Source: Breznakia blatticola (GTDB lineage Bacteria > Bacillota_I > Bacilli_A > Erysipelotrichales > Erysipelotrichaceae). From it: a stretch of 32,000 nt of DNA. The stretch lies in NCBI RefSeq assembly GCF_004365815.1, contig NZ_SODD01000007.1:30001-62000 (forward strand), in the 5' to 3' direction. The notes under the pieces were generated by a model. It did no database searches. It saw only the letters and a program-made list of their open reading frames with translations, and was not told the DNA's origin. The position numbers were made by a program, and so were the translations under genes. The first letter of the stretch is position 1, and the number at the start of each line of letters is the position of its first letter. Shown piece after piece: positions 1 to 8,255 of this stretch.

Positions 1-66
1 GATTTTGAAACAACTTTCTATGATATTGGTGATGGAATTGCAGTAAGTAAAAAACTTGTATTTTGA
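1..66 (+). CDS. 3' end of an upstream CDS (last 21 codons, ...DFETTFYDIGDGIAVSKKLVF*); product unknown
   Basis: Frame 1 is open from the window edge to TGA at 64-66. The fragment is too short to identify. Confidence 0.3.
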   Translation, partial: DFETTFYDIGDGIAVSKKLVF

Positions 67-90
67 TGAAAGACAGATGGAAACACTCTG

Positions 91-99
91 TGCTATAAT
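91..99 (+). promoter_or_regulatory. Candidate extended -10 promoter (TGcTATAAT) for the 127-645 gene
   Basis: TGC at 91-93 followed by TATAAT at 94-99. A weak -35-like AAGACA sits 18 nt upstream, and the site lies 28 nt before the ATG. Confidence 0.35.
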
Positions 100-126
100 G
101 TACATATCTATTTATGGAGGATAACT

Positions 127-645
127 ATGAAGAAAACATTAGGATTACTTGCAGCACTAACGGCAGCAGCTGCTGTAGCTGTATATAAATTATCAAAAGA
201 CGATGAAAAGAAAATTAAAGAATTAGATGATAGCAAAGAAAAAATCTTACGTTCAGTTGAAGAGCAAGGATTTGAACCTGTAGTTACTGACAAAGAAGAA
301 ACAGGTTTTGTTTCAAATGCTTACCCACATTTAACAGAAGCAGATCTAATTGAACTGACAAAAAAGAACGATGAGATGTTTGCAACAATTGCCGACTTGC
401 AACCAACAGACGAATATCCAATTCAACATATGGTGCAATTTGCAAAACCAATTGATTTAGAAGAGTTCAAGAACATCGTAATCTCTGAAGGATATGTGAT
501 TACAGGTGGAGAAAAAGAGAACGAATTATTAGTTCTACACATTTCAAAAATGGACCATGATGACATCAGTGCAAAAGTGTTCTATCTTGCAAACTTAGCA
601 AAAGCACATGATGGTGTATACGAAGGATGGATTTGTAAGAAGTAG
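127..645 (+). CDS. Membrane-anchored protein with an RraB-like (regulator of ribonuclease activity B family) C-terminal domain; function unknown
   Basis: GGAGG RBS at 116-120. The N-terminus MKKTLGLLAALTAAAAVAVYKL is a hydrophobic anchor or signal, followed by a charged linker. The C-terminal ~100 aa (YPIQHMVQF...GVYEGWICKK) resembles the RraB-family pattern ending in Y[DE]GW, judged by eye. Confidence 0.6.
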   Translation: MKKTLGLLAALTAAAAVAVYKLSKDDEKKIKELDDSKEKILRSVEEQGFEPVVTDKEETGFVSNAYPHLTEADLIELTKKNDEMFATIADLQPTDEYPIQHMVQFAKPIDLEEFKNIVISEGYVITGGEKENELLVLHISKMDHDDISAKVFYLANLAKAHDGVYEGWICKK

Positions 646-667
646 TGAAATTTCACTGCTTTTTTTT
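642..667 (+). terminator. Rho-independent terminator
   Basis: Stem GTAGTGA (642-648) pairs with TCACTGC (653-659) around an AATT loop, followed by T8 (660-667). It overlaps the stop codon. Confidence 0.75.
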
Positions 668-750
668 GACCGTTTTGACAAGTGAATATACATTGTGTCA
701 TGACAGGAAAAGTAGTATAATTAGTTTAATTTTGAGAAAGGAATGATGGC

Positions 751-1572
751 ATGATTAAAGTAGAAGATTTACATTTCAATTACGATGAACATGAAGAAAC
801 AATCAAAGGTGTAAACTTTACAGTGGAAGCAGGAAGTTATACATCAATTATCGGTCACAATGGAAGTGGGAAGAGTACCATTGCAAAATTACTCATTGGT
901 TTACTCGAGAAATCGAGCGGTTCCATTGAAATTGACGGAATGGAACTTAATGAAGAAAACTTATATGCCATTCGTTCGTTGATTGGTGTGGTCTTTCAAA
1001 ATCCAGACAATCAATTTATCGGTTCAACAGTAGCTGATGATATTGCCTTTGGTTTAGAAAATAAACAAGTACCACAAGAAAACATGCAAGCAATTATCGA
1101 CAAGTTTTCAAAGGTTGTTGGTATGTATGATTTTCTAGATCGTGAACCTACAAGTTTATCCGGTGGGCAAAAACAAAGAGTTGCAATTGCTGGTGTACTA
1201 GCCATGGATTTAAAAGTGATTATTCTTGATGAAGCAGCAAGTATGCTTGATCCACGTGGAAAAAAAGAAATTCATGAACTAATTAATAAATTACATGAAG
1301 AAGAAAATCTAACTGTCATTTCGATTACACACGATATGGAAGAAGTATTACGTAGTGATAAAGTCATCGTTCTTGAACATGGACATGTGAAGATGAGTGG
1401 AACACCTGCAGAAATCTTACAGCATGAAGATGAGTTAGTTGCTTTAGAACTTGATATTCCTTTTGTCTATAAAGTGCAAAAAGAACTAAAAGAAATTGGG
1501 ATTGAAATGGATACCCAAGTTAGCATTGAAGGAGTGGTGGAACAGTTATGTCAATTACATTCAAAAATCTAA
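751..1572 (+). CDS. ecfA1: Energy-coupling factor (ECF) transporter ATPase EcfA1
   Basis: Walker A GHNGSGKST, signature LSGGQKQR, Walker B IILDEA and H-loop ITHD. It is the first of two tandem ABC ATPases followed by ecfT, the canonical order. Confidence 0.9.
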   Translation: MIKVEDLHFNYDEHEETIKGVNFTVEAGSYTSIIGHNGSGKSTIAKLLIGLLEKSSGSIEIDGMELNEENLYAIRSLIGVVFQNPDNQFIGSTVADDIAFGLENKQVPQENMQAIIDKFSKVVGMYDFLDREPTSLSGGQKQRVAIAGVLAMDLKVIILDEAASMLDPRGKKEIHELINKLHEEENLTVISITHDMEEVLRSDKVIVLEHGHVKMSGTPAEILQHEDELVALELDIPFVYKVQKELKEIGIEMDTQVSIEGVVEQLCQLHSKI

Positions 1573-2402
1573 GTCATATATATAATGAAAAAACACCATT
1601 TCCTTCAGCAGCATTAAAAAATATTAATTTAGAAATTGCAGATGGAAGTTTTACTGCGATTATTGGTGAGACGGGAAGTGGAAAAAGTACATTGGTGCAA
1701 CATTTAAATGCTTTACTTTTGCCAACAGATGGAGAAGTTCGTGTAAATGACTTCGTAATCAAAGCAGGAGAGAAAATTAAAGATCTAAAACAATTACGTC
1801 GTCAAGTCGGGTTGGTATTTCAATTTCCTGAATATCAATTGTTTGAGGAAACGATTGAGACAGATGTTGCATTTGGTCCTAAAAACTTTGGGATTGAGGA
1901 AAAAGAGGCAAAAGAAAGAGCACGTTATGTATTAGAACTTGTAGGTTTAGATGCAAGTTATTTAGAACGTTCTCCATTTGATTTATCAGGTGGGCAAAAA
2001 CGCCGTGTAGCAATTGCTGGAATTCTCGCATTTGATCCAGATGTTTTGGTTTTGGATGAACCTACTGCAGGTCTTGACCCTCAGGGTGCCAAAGAAATGA
2101 TGGATTTATTCAAGAAGTTAAATACAGATTTTGGGAAAACGATTATTATGGTTACACATGATATGGAACACGTACTAAATTACTGTGATGAAGTTATTTT
2201 ATTAAAAAAAGGTGAAGTGGAACTTGTAAGTGACGTGAAGAATTTTTTCAAAGATTCAACGATTGATTCACTGGATGTACAACCTCCACACATTGTGGAA
2301 TTCAAACGACAACTAGAGGCTCGTGGATTTGCCTTTGATGAAGATGCATTTGATTTACCTACACTTGTACAAAGCTTAAAAGGAGAATTTGATCATGAGT
2401 AA
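1548..2402 (+). CDS. ecfA2: ECF transporter ATPase EcfA2
   Basis: Walker A GETGSGKST, LSGGQKRR, LVLDEPT and VTHD. It overlaps ecfA1 by 25 nt and ecfT by 8 nt. Confidence 0.9.
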   Translation: MSITFKNLSHIYNEKTPFPSAALKNINLEIADGSFTAIIGETGSGKSTLVQHLNALLLPTDGEVRVNDFVIKAGEKIKDLKQLRRQVGLVFQFPEYQLFEETIETDVAFGPKNFGIEEKEAKERARYVLELVGLDASYLERSPFDLSGGQKRRVAIAGILAFDPDVLVLDEPTAGLDPQGAKEMMDLFKKLNTDFGKTIIMVTHDMEHVLNYCDEVILLKKGEVELVSDVKNFFKDSTIDSLDVQPPHIVEFKRQLEARGFAFDEDAFDLPTLVQSLKGEFDHE

Positions 2403-3195
2403 TATGGTACTTGGACGATATCTTCCTTTGGATTCTAAAATCCACAATATGGATCCTCGAGCGAAGATCATTTGTATGCTATGTTTGCTAATTGCAATAT
2501 TTATTCCAGCAGGCTATGTCGGTTATGCAGTATTGATTGCCATTGTACTTATTGTTGTATTGGCTTCAAAAATTGGATTACCATATATTTTTAAAGCGAT
2601 GAAACCAATGATGTTTATGATGATCTTTTTGTTTGTGATTAACATGTTGGTAATTAAACGTGGAACAATGCTAATTGATTTAGGATGGTTCAGTATTTAT
2701 GATGAAGCGATATTTCAAACTTTATATATTGTTATTCGTTTATTATTAATGATTAGTATTACAACACTACTGACAGCAACTACAAAACCATTGGATCTAA
2801 CTTTAGGAATTGAAGACTTACTATCCCCATTCCAAAAGATTGGTTTACCAAGTCATATTATTGCGATGATGATTTCAATTGCATTGCGTTTTATTCCAAC
2901 ACTGATTGAGGAAACACAACGTATTATGAAAGCACAAGCAAGTCGTGGAGTGGATTTCGAAGAAGGAAAATTGATGGAGAAAATTCGCAGTATTCTTTCA
3001 CTTATTGTTCCACTATTTATCTCTGCTTTTCAAAGAGCAGAAGATTTAGCTTATGCAATGGAAGCAAGAGGATATTCTCCTGAGAATAAACGAACACGCT
3101 ATAAAGTATTGAAATTACGTGGTTTTGATATCTTCAGTATGCTATTTTCTGCAGCTGTAGTTGGTGCACTTATTGGAGTTGCAATTCTTTTATGA
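2395..3195 (+). CDS. ecfT: ECF transporter transmembrane component EcfT
   Basis: Polytopic membrane protein with the two conserved Ala-Arg-Gly motifs (KAQASRGVDF, AMEARGYSP). I chose ATG 2395 (AGGAG at 2381-2385) over the TTG at 2389 in the ORF track. Confidence 0.88.
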   Translation: MSNMVLGRYLPLDSKIHNMDPRAKIICMLCLLIAIFIPAGYVGYAVLIAIVLIVVLASKIGLPYIFKAMKPMMFMMIFLFVINMLVIKRGTMLIDLGWFSIYDEAIFQTLYIVIRLLLMISITTLLTATTKPLDLTLGIEDLLSPFQKIGLPSHIIAMMISIALRFIPTLIEETQRIMKAQASRGVDFEEGKLMEKIRSILSLIVPLFISAFQRAEDLAYAMEARGYSPENKRTRYKVLKLRGFDIFSMLFSAAVVGALIGVAILL

Positions 3196-3932
3196 GGTAT
3201 AAAGTAACTGTAGCTTATGATGGAAGTCCATATATTGGTTGGCAAACACAGAACCGTGGAGATAGTATCGAAGAAGCCATTGAAAAGGTTCTAGAAACTA
3301 TGCATGGTTATAAAGTGTCCATTGTTGGAAGTGGAAGAACGGATGCAAGAGTACATGCAAAAGGACAAGTATTTCACTTTGATTCAATATTAGATATTAC
3401 ATGTGAAAGAATGATAGAAGCACTAAATGCTCAACTTGATAAAAGTATTCGAATTCAAAATGTGGAAATTGTAGAGGATACATTTCATGCACGCTTTGAT
3501 GCAACAGCAAAAACGTATATGTATGTATTAAGTCAAGATGCGAAAGATCCATTTATTCGTGCATATATGGGAGTAGATTATCATCCTTTAGATGTAGAGA
3601 TGATGCAAAAGGCATGCCAGTTATTTATTGGTACGCATGATTTTACAAGTTTTACATCAACGAAGATTCATCCAGATAAAGATCGTACACGTACGATCTA
3701 TCATTTTGATGTGAAGCAAAAAGGTAGTGTATTTCAATTCATCGTACGCGGTGACTCGTTTTTGCGATACATGGTACGCATGATGGTACAAACGGTACTG
3801 ATGGTTGGTAAAGGGAAAGAAAGCTTAGCAAGTGTGCAAGCAATGTTAGAAGCAAAAAGCAAACATGCTTGTAAATATAAAGCAGAGCCGCAAGGGCTAT
3901 ATTTAATGGAGGTAGAGTATGGCAAAGAATAA
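3192..3932 (+). CDS. truA: tRNA pseudouridine(38-40) synthase TruA
   Basis: Catalytic motif GSGRTDARVHA. It has an ATGA start/stop overlap with ecfT and the conserved position after ecfT. Confidence 0.9.
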   Translation: MRYKVTVAYDGSPYIGWQTQNRGDSIEEAIEKVLETMHGYKVSIVGSGRTDARVHAKGQVFHFDSILDITCERMIEALNAQLDKSIRIQNVEIVEDTFHARFDATAKTYMYVLSQDAKDPFIRAYMGVDYHPLDVEMMQKACQLFIGTHDFTSFTSTKIHPDKDRTRTIYHFDVKQKGSVFQFIVRGDSFLRYMVRMMVQTVLMVGKGKESLASVQAMLEAKSKHACKYKAEPQGLYLMEVEYGKE

Positions 3933-4713
3933 CTATCATACACATACCGAACGTTGTAAACACGCAAGTGGTTCAGATGAAGCATTTGTCTTAAGTGCGA
4001 TCAAAGCAGGAATTCAAGAACTTGGATTTTCTGATCACACCCCTTGGAATTATGCACCAAGTACCTATAAAGGAAGCAACGTTCGGATGTTTCTAGATGA
4101 ATTTGCAGGATACAAACAAAGTATTCTAGCACTTAAAGAAAAGTATAAAGATCAAATATCAATCAAACTTGGATTAGAAGTTGAGTATTTTCCAAAGTTC
4201 ATGGACTGGTTTATCGATTTTATAAAGAAAGAAGAAATTGACTATGTCATCTTAGGAAATCATTTCCATGGGGATGATGAAACAGGTCCTTACTATGGAC
4301 ATGTATGTGATGATGATGCAATGCTTGAACTATATAAGCAAGATACGATCAAGGCATTAAAAACAGGTATCTATAGTTATCTAGCACACCCTGATTTATT
4401 TATGCGAGGGCGTAAACATTTTGATGCATTCACTAAGAAGATTTCTAGAGAAATTTGCGAAGCATGTAAGGAAATGGATATTCCATTAGAGTATAACTTA
4501 GCAGGAGCTGAGGTAAGTCATATTACACATCAACAACAATATCCACATCCTGATTTTTGGCAGATTGCTGCTGAAGTAGGAAATAAAGCGATTATTGGTT
4601 GTGATGCGCATAACAATCGTCAATTAGAAAATGAATATTACTATAACCAAGCAAAGGCACATTTAGACACACTTGGTATGGAAGTTATAGACACAATCAA
4701 CTTTTTACGTTAA
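3919..4713 (+). CDS. PHP-domain phosphatase, HisJ (histidinol-phosphatase) family
   Basis: N-terminal YHTHTERCKHASG metal-binding motif plus later H/D motifs (GNHFHG, AHPDL, GCDAH). GGAGG RBS. Overlaps truA by 14 nt. The substrate cannot be inferred. Confidence 0.75.
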   Translation: MAKNNYHTHTERCKHASGSDEAFVLSAIKAGIQELGFSDHTPWNYAPSTYKGSNVRMFLDEFAGYKQSILALKEKYKDQISIKLGLEVEYFPKFMDWFIDFIKKEEIDYVILGNHFHGDDETGPYYGHVCDDDAMLELYKQDTIKALKTGIYSYLAHPDLFMRGRKHFDAFTKKISREICEACKEMDIPLEYNLAGAEVSHITHQQQYPHPDFWQIAAEVGNKAIIGCDAHNNRQLENEYYYNQAKAHLDTLGMEVIDTINFLR

Positions 4714-4734
4714 TCTAAAGTTGAAGGTGGTCAT

Positions 4735-5469
4735 ATGGAAAAAATTAGAGAATATGTCGATGTAGTAAAAGCACAATTAGAAACGGCGTTACAACAAGAA
4801 GAGATTATTGATGCATGTGCAAGTCAATTTGCAAATACGATTTTGAATGATGGTATCATTCATGTCTTTGGTTGTGGACATTCACAGATGTTTGGTGAAG
4901 AACTTTGTTTTCGAACAGGTGGTCTTGTTCCAATTAACGCGATTAAGATTCCACAGTTTAATATCTACCCAAAAGCACGTTTATCGCAATTAATGGAGCG
5001 AACAGAAGGTTTTGTGGGTGGTGTATTAGAAAGTATGCATACTACAAAACATGATACGATGGTTATCGTTTCAGTTTCTGGTAGAAATGCAGCCGGTGTA
5101 GATATGGCAATTGAAGCAAAGAAGTTAGGTATGCATGTAATCGGTGTCACTAGTTTACACTATGCAAATAATGTAACAAGTAGGCATAGCAGTAAGAAAC
5201 TTCTCAAAGATGTTAGTGATACAGTGTTGGATTTATGTGGTGTCTGTGGAGATGCTACACTAAGTGATCCACGTGTTAGTGAACACTTTGGTTCAACAAG
5301 TACTGTTGTTGGAATGAGTTTACTCAATGGCATTGTTGCTGAATGTATTGTGAAGTTAGCGGATGCTGGAATGGATCCACCAATTTGGGTTAGTGGAAAC
5401 GTAGATCGTGGTGATGAAGCAAACAAAAAATACATGGAAGCATACAAAGGAAAAATTGATATTATCTAA
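4735..5469 (+). CDS. SIS (sugar isomerase/phosphosugar-binding) domain protein, UPF0309-like
   Basis: The motifs IHVFGCGHS and VIVSVSGRNAAGVDMAIEAKKLGMHVIGVTS are typical SIS nucleotide-binding-fold motifs. About 244 aa, matching the UPF0309 family as I remember it. Confidence 0.7.
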   Translation: MEKIREYVDVVKAQLETALQQEEIIDACASQFANTILNDGIIHVFGCGHSQMFGEELCFRTGGLVPINAIKIPQFNIYPKARLSQLMERTEGFVGGVLESMHTTKHDTMVIVSVSGRNAAGVDMAIEAKKLGMHVIGVTSLHYANNVTSRHSSKKLLKDVSDTVLDLCGVCGDATLSDPRVSEHFGSTSTVVGMSLLNGIVAECIVKLADAGMDPPIWVSGNVDRGDEANKKYMEAYKGKIDII

Positions 5470-5509
5470 AGATGACTAAAAAACGACAAACACTGATAAA
5501 TTGTGAATA

Positions 5510-5540
5510 AAAAGGTTGCAAAGCGCAACCTTTTGTCTTA
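5510..5540 (+). terminator. Rho-independent terminator after the SIS gene
   Basis: AAAAGGTTGC (5510-5519) pairs with GCAACCTTTT (5525-5534) around an AAAGC loop, followed by a T-rich tail. Confidence 0.75.
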
Positions 5541-5544
5541 CAAT
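5516..5544 (+). promoter_or_regulatory. Candidate sigma-A promoter of rplM-rpsI, embedded in the preceding terminator hairpin
   Basis: -35 TTGCAA (5516-5521), 17-nt spacer, -10 TACAAT (5539-5544). Confidence 0.5.
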
Positions 5545-5549
5545 AAAAC

Positions 5550-5600
5550 ATGGCATGAAAGCCATTGTAGCCCCGGAAACTACAATGAAAGGAAGTATTA
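5550..5600 (+). promoter_or_regulatory. Candidate ribosomal protein L13 leader (autoregulatory 5' UTR structure)
   Basis: There are two adjacent hairpins: ATGGC/GCCAT (5550-5565) and TGTAG/CTACA (5566-5584). They lie just before the GGAAG RBS and the rplM ATG. An L13 leader motif is known upstream of rplM in low-GC Gram-positives. No covariance-model check was possible. Confidence 0.4.
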
Positions 5601-5603
5601 AAC

Positions 5604-6041
5604 ATGCGACAAACAACATTTTTGAAGCCTGCTGATGTAACACGTACTTGGTATGTAGTTGACGGTGCAGGAATGACTATGGGACGTCTTGCTACTGAAG
5701 TAGCAGCAGTATTACGTGGAAAAAACAAACCAACATTTACACCAAATGTTGACTGTGGAGACTTCGTAATCGTAATTAACGCAGATCAAATTGTGATGAC
5801 TGGAAACAAGATGAATGATAAAAAATATTATTCACACTCAATGTATCCAGGAGGATTGAGAACACGTACAGCAAAAGAAATGAAAGCTAAATATACAGTT
5901 GAATGGGTTGAAAAAGCTATTCACGGTATGTTACCTCACACTCGTTTAGGAGACGTACAACGTCGTCACTTATTCGTGTACAAAGGAAGCACTCATCCAC
6001 ATGCTGCACAACAACCAGTAGAAATGAAAATTAAAGGTTAA
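5604..6041 (+). CDS. rplM: 50S ribosomal protein L13
   Basis: MRQTTFLKPADVTRTWYVVDGAGMTMGRLATEVAAVLRGKNKPTFTP is unmistakable L13. 145 aa. Confidence 0.97.
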   Translation: MRQTTFLKPADVTRTWYVVDGAGMTMGRLATEVAAVLRGKNKPTFTPNVDCGDFVIVINADQIVMTGNKMNDKKYYSHSMYPGGLRTRTAKEMKAKYTVEWVEKAIHGMLPHTRLGDVQRRHLFVYKGSTHPHAAQQPVEMKIKG

Positions 6042-6055
6042 GGAGGAAATAAGAG

Positions 6056-6457
6056 ATGGCAACTAAGAAAAATGTATCTTACAACGGAACTGGACGTAGA
6101 AAAAGTTCTGTAGCCCGCGTCTTCTTGACTCCGGGAACTGGTAATATTGTTGTTAATGGTAAAACATTAGAAGAATACTTACCACTAGAAACTTTAAGAA
6201 TGGTGGTTCGTTCACCATTAGAAACAACTGACACACTTTCTCAATTCGATGTAAAAATCAATGTTAAAGGTGGAGGATACACTGGACAAGCTGGAGCAAT
6301 GCGTCATGGTATTGCACGTGCTTTACTAGAAGTATCTATTGACTACCGTGCAGGATTAAAAGCTGAAGGGTTCTTAACACGTGACCCTCGTATGAAAGAA
6401 CGTAAAAAATACGGACTTAAAGCAGCTCGTCGTGCACCACAATTCTCAAAACGTTAA
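6056..6457 (+). CDS. rpsI: 30S ribosomal protein S9
   Basis: [12 protein letters not shown]...[19 protein letters not shown]...RRAPQFSKR is canonical S9. AGGAGG RBS. Confidence 0.97.
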   Translation: MATKKNVSYNGTGRRKSSVARVFLTPGTGNIVVNGKTLEEYLPLETLRMVVRSPLETTDTLSQFDVKINVKGGGYTGQAGAMRHGIARALLEVSIDYRAGLKAEGFLTRDPRMKERKKYGLKAARRAPQFSKR

Positions 6458-6487
6458 TATTATCCCAAAAATCAAATGTTATGAAGC

Positions 6488-6518
6488 AGAAAAGGTACCG
6501 CAAGGTACCTTTTCTTTA
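6488..6518 (+). terminator. Rho-independent terminator of rplM-rpsI
   Basis: AGAAAAGGTACC (6488-6499) pairs with GGTACCTTTTCT (6504-6515) around a GCAA loop, followed by T residues. Confidence 0.85.
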
Positions 6519-6611
6519 TGTTATGAAATTATAGAAATCCAATTAACAATTACAAACAGATATAATATGTGTATAATATTCAAGTAAGGTTAGATCGTAT
6601 TGGAGGTAACA

Positions 6612-7235
6612 ATGGAAAAAGCAAATAGAGTGCACAAGCGTAGCATCTTTGGTTTGAAGATGTTAGTAAAAGTGCTTATCGTGGTAGTTTTAGTAATCAT
6701 TGGATTTACCATTGGTTCGAAAACTTCGTTTACAACAGAAAGCAAAACAACAAAACTTAGTTTTGATAATATTGGTGAACTTGCTACACAAGAAGCCTAC
6801 GCAACAGAAGTCAACCATACAGAAGATGCTAGAGAATTGTTTGGAATTGAAATTCCGCTAACAAAATCAACGCATGTATATAGTTATGATGTGATTATCA
6901 AAGCTGGTTTCAATTTCGAACAAATTAAACCAAAGGTGGATCAAGATAAGCAACTGATTACGATTGAAATGCCTGAAGTGAAGATACTAAGTACTGAAAT
7001 TGTTGAAGACTCATTGAAAGTGTATGTGGAAGATGAAAGCATTTTTAAGAAAATAACACTTGAGGATACAAGTGAAGCAAGAAAAACAATGAAAGAAAAT
7101 GCAGAGAAAAGTGCAATTGAAAAAGGGTTATTCAAAAGTGCGAAAACAAATGCTGAAACATTGTTGAAAAACTTTATTAAAGAAAATGAAGTATATACAG
7201 AGTATCAAATTGAATTTGTATACAAGGAGAAATAA
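6612..7235 (+). CDS. Membrane-anchored DUF4230-like protein
   Basis: GGAGG at 6602-6606 supports ATG 6612, not the TTG at 6600. It has one N-terminal TM helix (LVKVLIVVVLVIIGFTIG). The rest is a beta-rich domain whose pattern (ELATQEAY...VYSYDVIIKAGFNFEQI...ITIEMPEVKILS) matches my memory of DUF4230. Confidence 0.55.
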   Translation: MEKANRVHKRSIFGLKMLVKVLIVVVLVIIGFTIGSKTSFTTESKTTKLSFDNIGELATQEAYATEVNHTEDARELFGIEIPLTKSTHVYSYDVIIKAGFNFEQIKPKVDQDKQLITIEMPEVKILSTEIVEDSLKVYVEDESIFKKITLEDTSEARKTMKENAEKSAIEKGLFKSAKTNAETLLKNFIKENEVYTEYQIEFVYKEK

Positions 7236-7238
7236 CAG

Positions 7239-7319
7239 ATGAAAACACTTAAGAAAATAGGAATTACAATACTTGTTGTGGTATGCTTATTTTACTTATA
7301 TTTGTTCATAACTGCATAA
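7239..7319 (+). CDS. Candidate 26-aa hydrophobic micro-protein (MKTLKKIGITILVVVCLFYLYLFITA)
   Basis: It is below the ORF-track cutoff. AAGGAG at 7224-7229 lies 9 nt upstream of the ATG, inside the end of the preceding gene. The product is a positively charged N-terminus plus a single TM helix. Confidence 0.35.
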   Translation: MKTLKKIGITILVVVCLFYLYLFITA

Positions 7320-7376
7320 GTTGTGGGAAATCATTATGCAACATAGTTTATGTTGAGAAAAGAGGGGAAAGGGAAT

Positions 7377-8135
7377 ATGAAAAAATATGCGATTTATTTT
7401 AGTCCAACCAATCGTACAAAAAAAGTAGTGAGTTGTATTGCCAATGAATTTGGTGAATACACAACCATTGATTTATGTCGAACAAACGATCGATATGAAT
7501 ATACATTTTCAGAAGATGATGTATGTATCATTGGTGTACCAGTATACGGTGGGCGTGTACCTGGTGTAGCGATTGAAAGAATTAAACAATTTACTGGAAA
7601 TCAAACAAAAGTAATCATAGTTGCTTCATATGGAAATCGTGCATATGAAGATGCACTAAAAGAATTAGCAGATACACTAACAAGTAAAGGGTTTGTATGT
7701 GTAGGTGCAATTGCGGCTATTACAGAGCATAATATTGTGCATCAATTTGCAACTGGTAGACCAGATATGAATGATATACAACAATTGCAAACGTATGCCA
7801 AACAACTTAAAGAAAAACTGGCAAATCCATATGAAATTTCAACAGTTACATTGCCTGGAAATTATCCATATAAAGAGTTTATTGGTGGGGCGTTTAAACC
7901 ATTGACAAATAGTATGTGTATTTCGTGTGGGATTTGTGCTAGAGTATGTCCAGTTGCCGCAATTCCAATAAATGAGCCAAGTACAACAAATTATTGCACA
8001 TGTATTAATTGCATGCGATGTATTGAAGTTTGCCCAGAAGATGCACGAGGTCTGGATTCAGTATTGTTAGAGCAACTTGGTAAAAGACTTGAGCCTGTAT
8101 GTTCAGATCGAAAAAATAACGAACTCTTCATTTAA
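7377..8135 (+). CDS. Flavodoxin-like domain fused to a 2x[4Fe-4S] ferredoxin domain (EFR1-type ferredoxin family)
   Basis: The N-terminal MKKYAIYFSPTNRTKK flavodoxin-like fold is followed by the cluster motifs CISCGICARVCP and CINCMRCIEVCP. The start was moved to ATG 7377, which has a GAGGGGAAAGGG RBS. Confidence 0.75.
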   Translation: MKKYAIYFSPTNRTKKVVSCIANEFGEYTTIDLCRTNDRYEYTFSEDDVCIIGVPVYGGRVPGVAIERIKQFTGNQTKVIIVASYGNRAYEDALKELADTLTSKGFVCVGAIAAITEHNIVHQFATGRPDMNDIQQLQTYAKQLKEKLANPYEISTVTLPGNYPYKEFIGGAFKPLTNSMCISCGICARVCPVAAIPINEPSTTNYCTCINCMRCIEVCPEDARGLDSVLLEQLGKRLEPVCSDRKNNELFI

Positions 8136-8255
8136 TGAGGAGTTCTTTTGAATTTATATAGATTTTTTGTCAAAAAAGGTTTACATCTCTTGCCTGTAAA
8201 GGGGATTTGATAGAAAATGGAATAGATGACTTTTATCATAAGACTAGGAGATGAC

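Noticed and set aside
644-656. The 13-nt palindromic word AGTGAAATTTCAC recurs at 13140-13152. I considered it as a dispersed repeat or shared operator.
   Set aside because: There are only two short copies in AT-rich DNA. The first is simply the stem of a terminator. The evidence for a repeat family is insufficient, so I mention it only in the context of the 13140-13261 finding.
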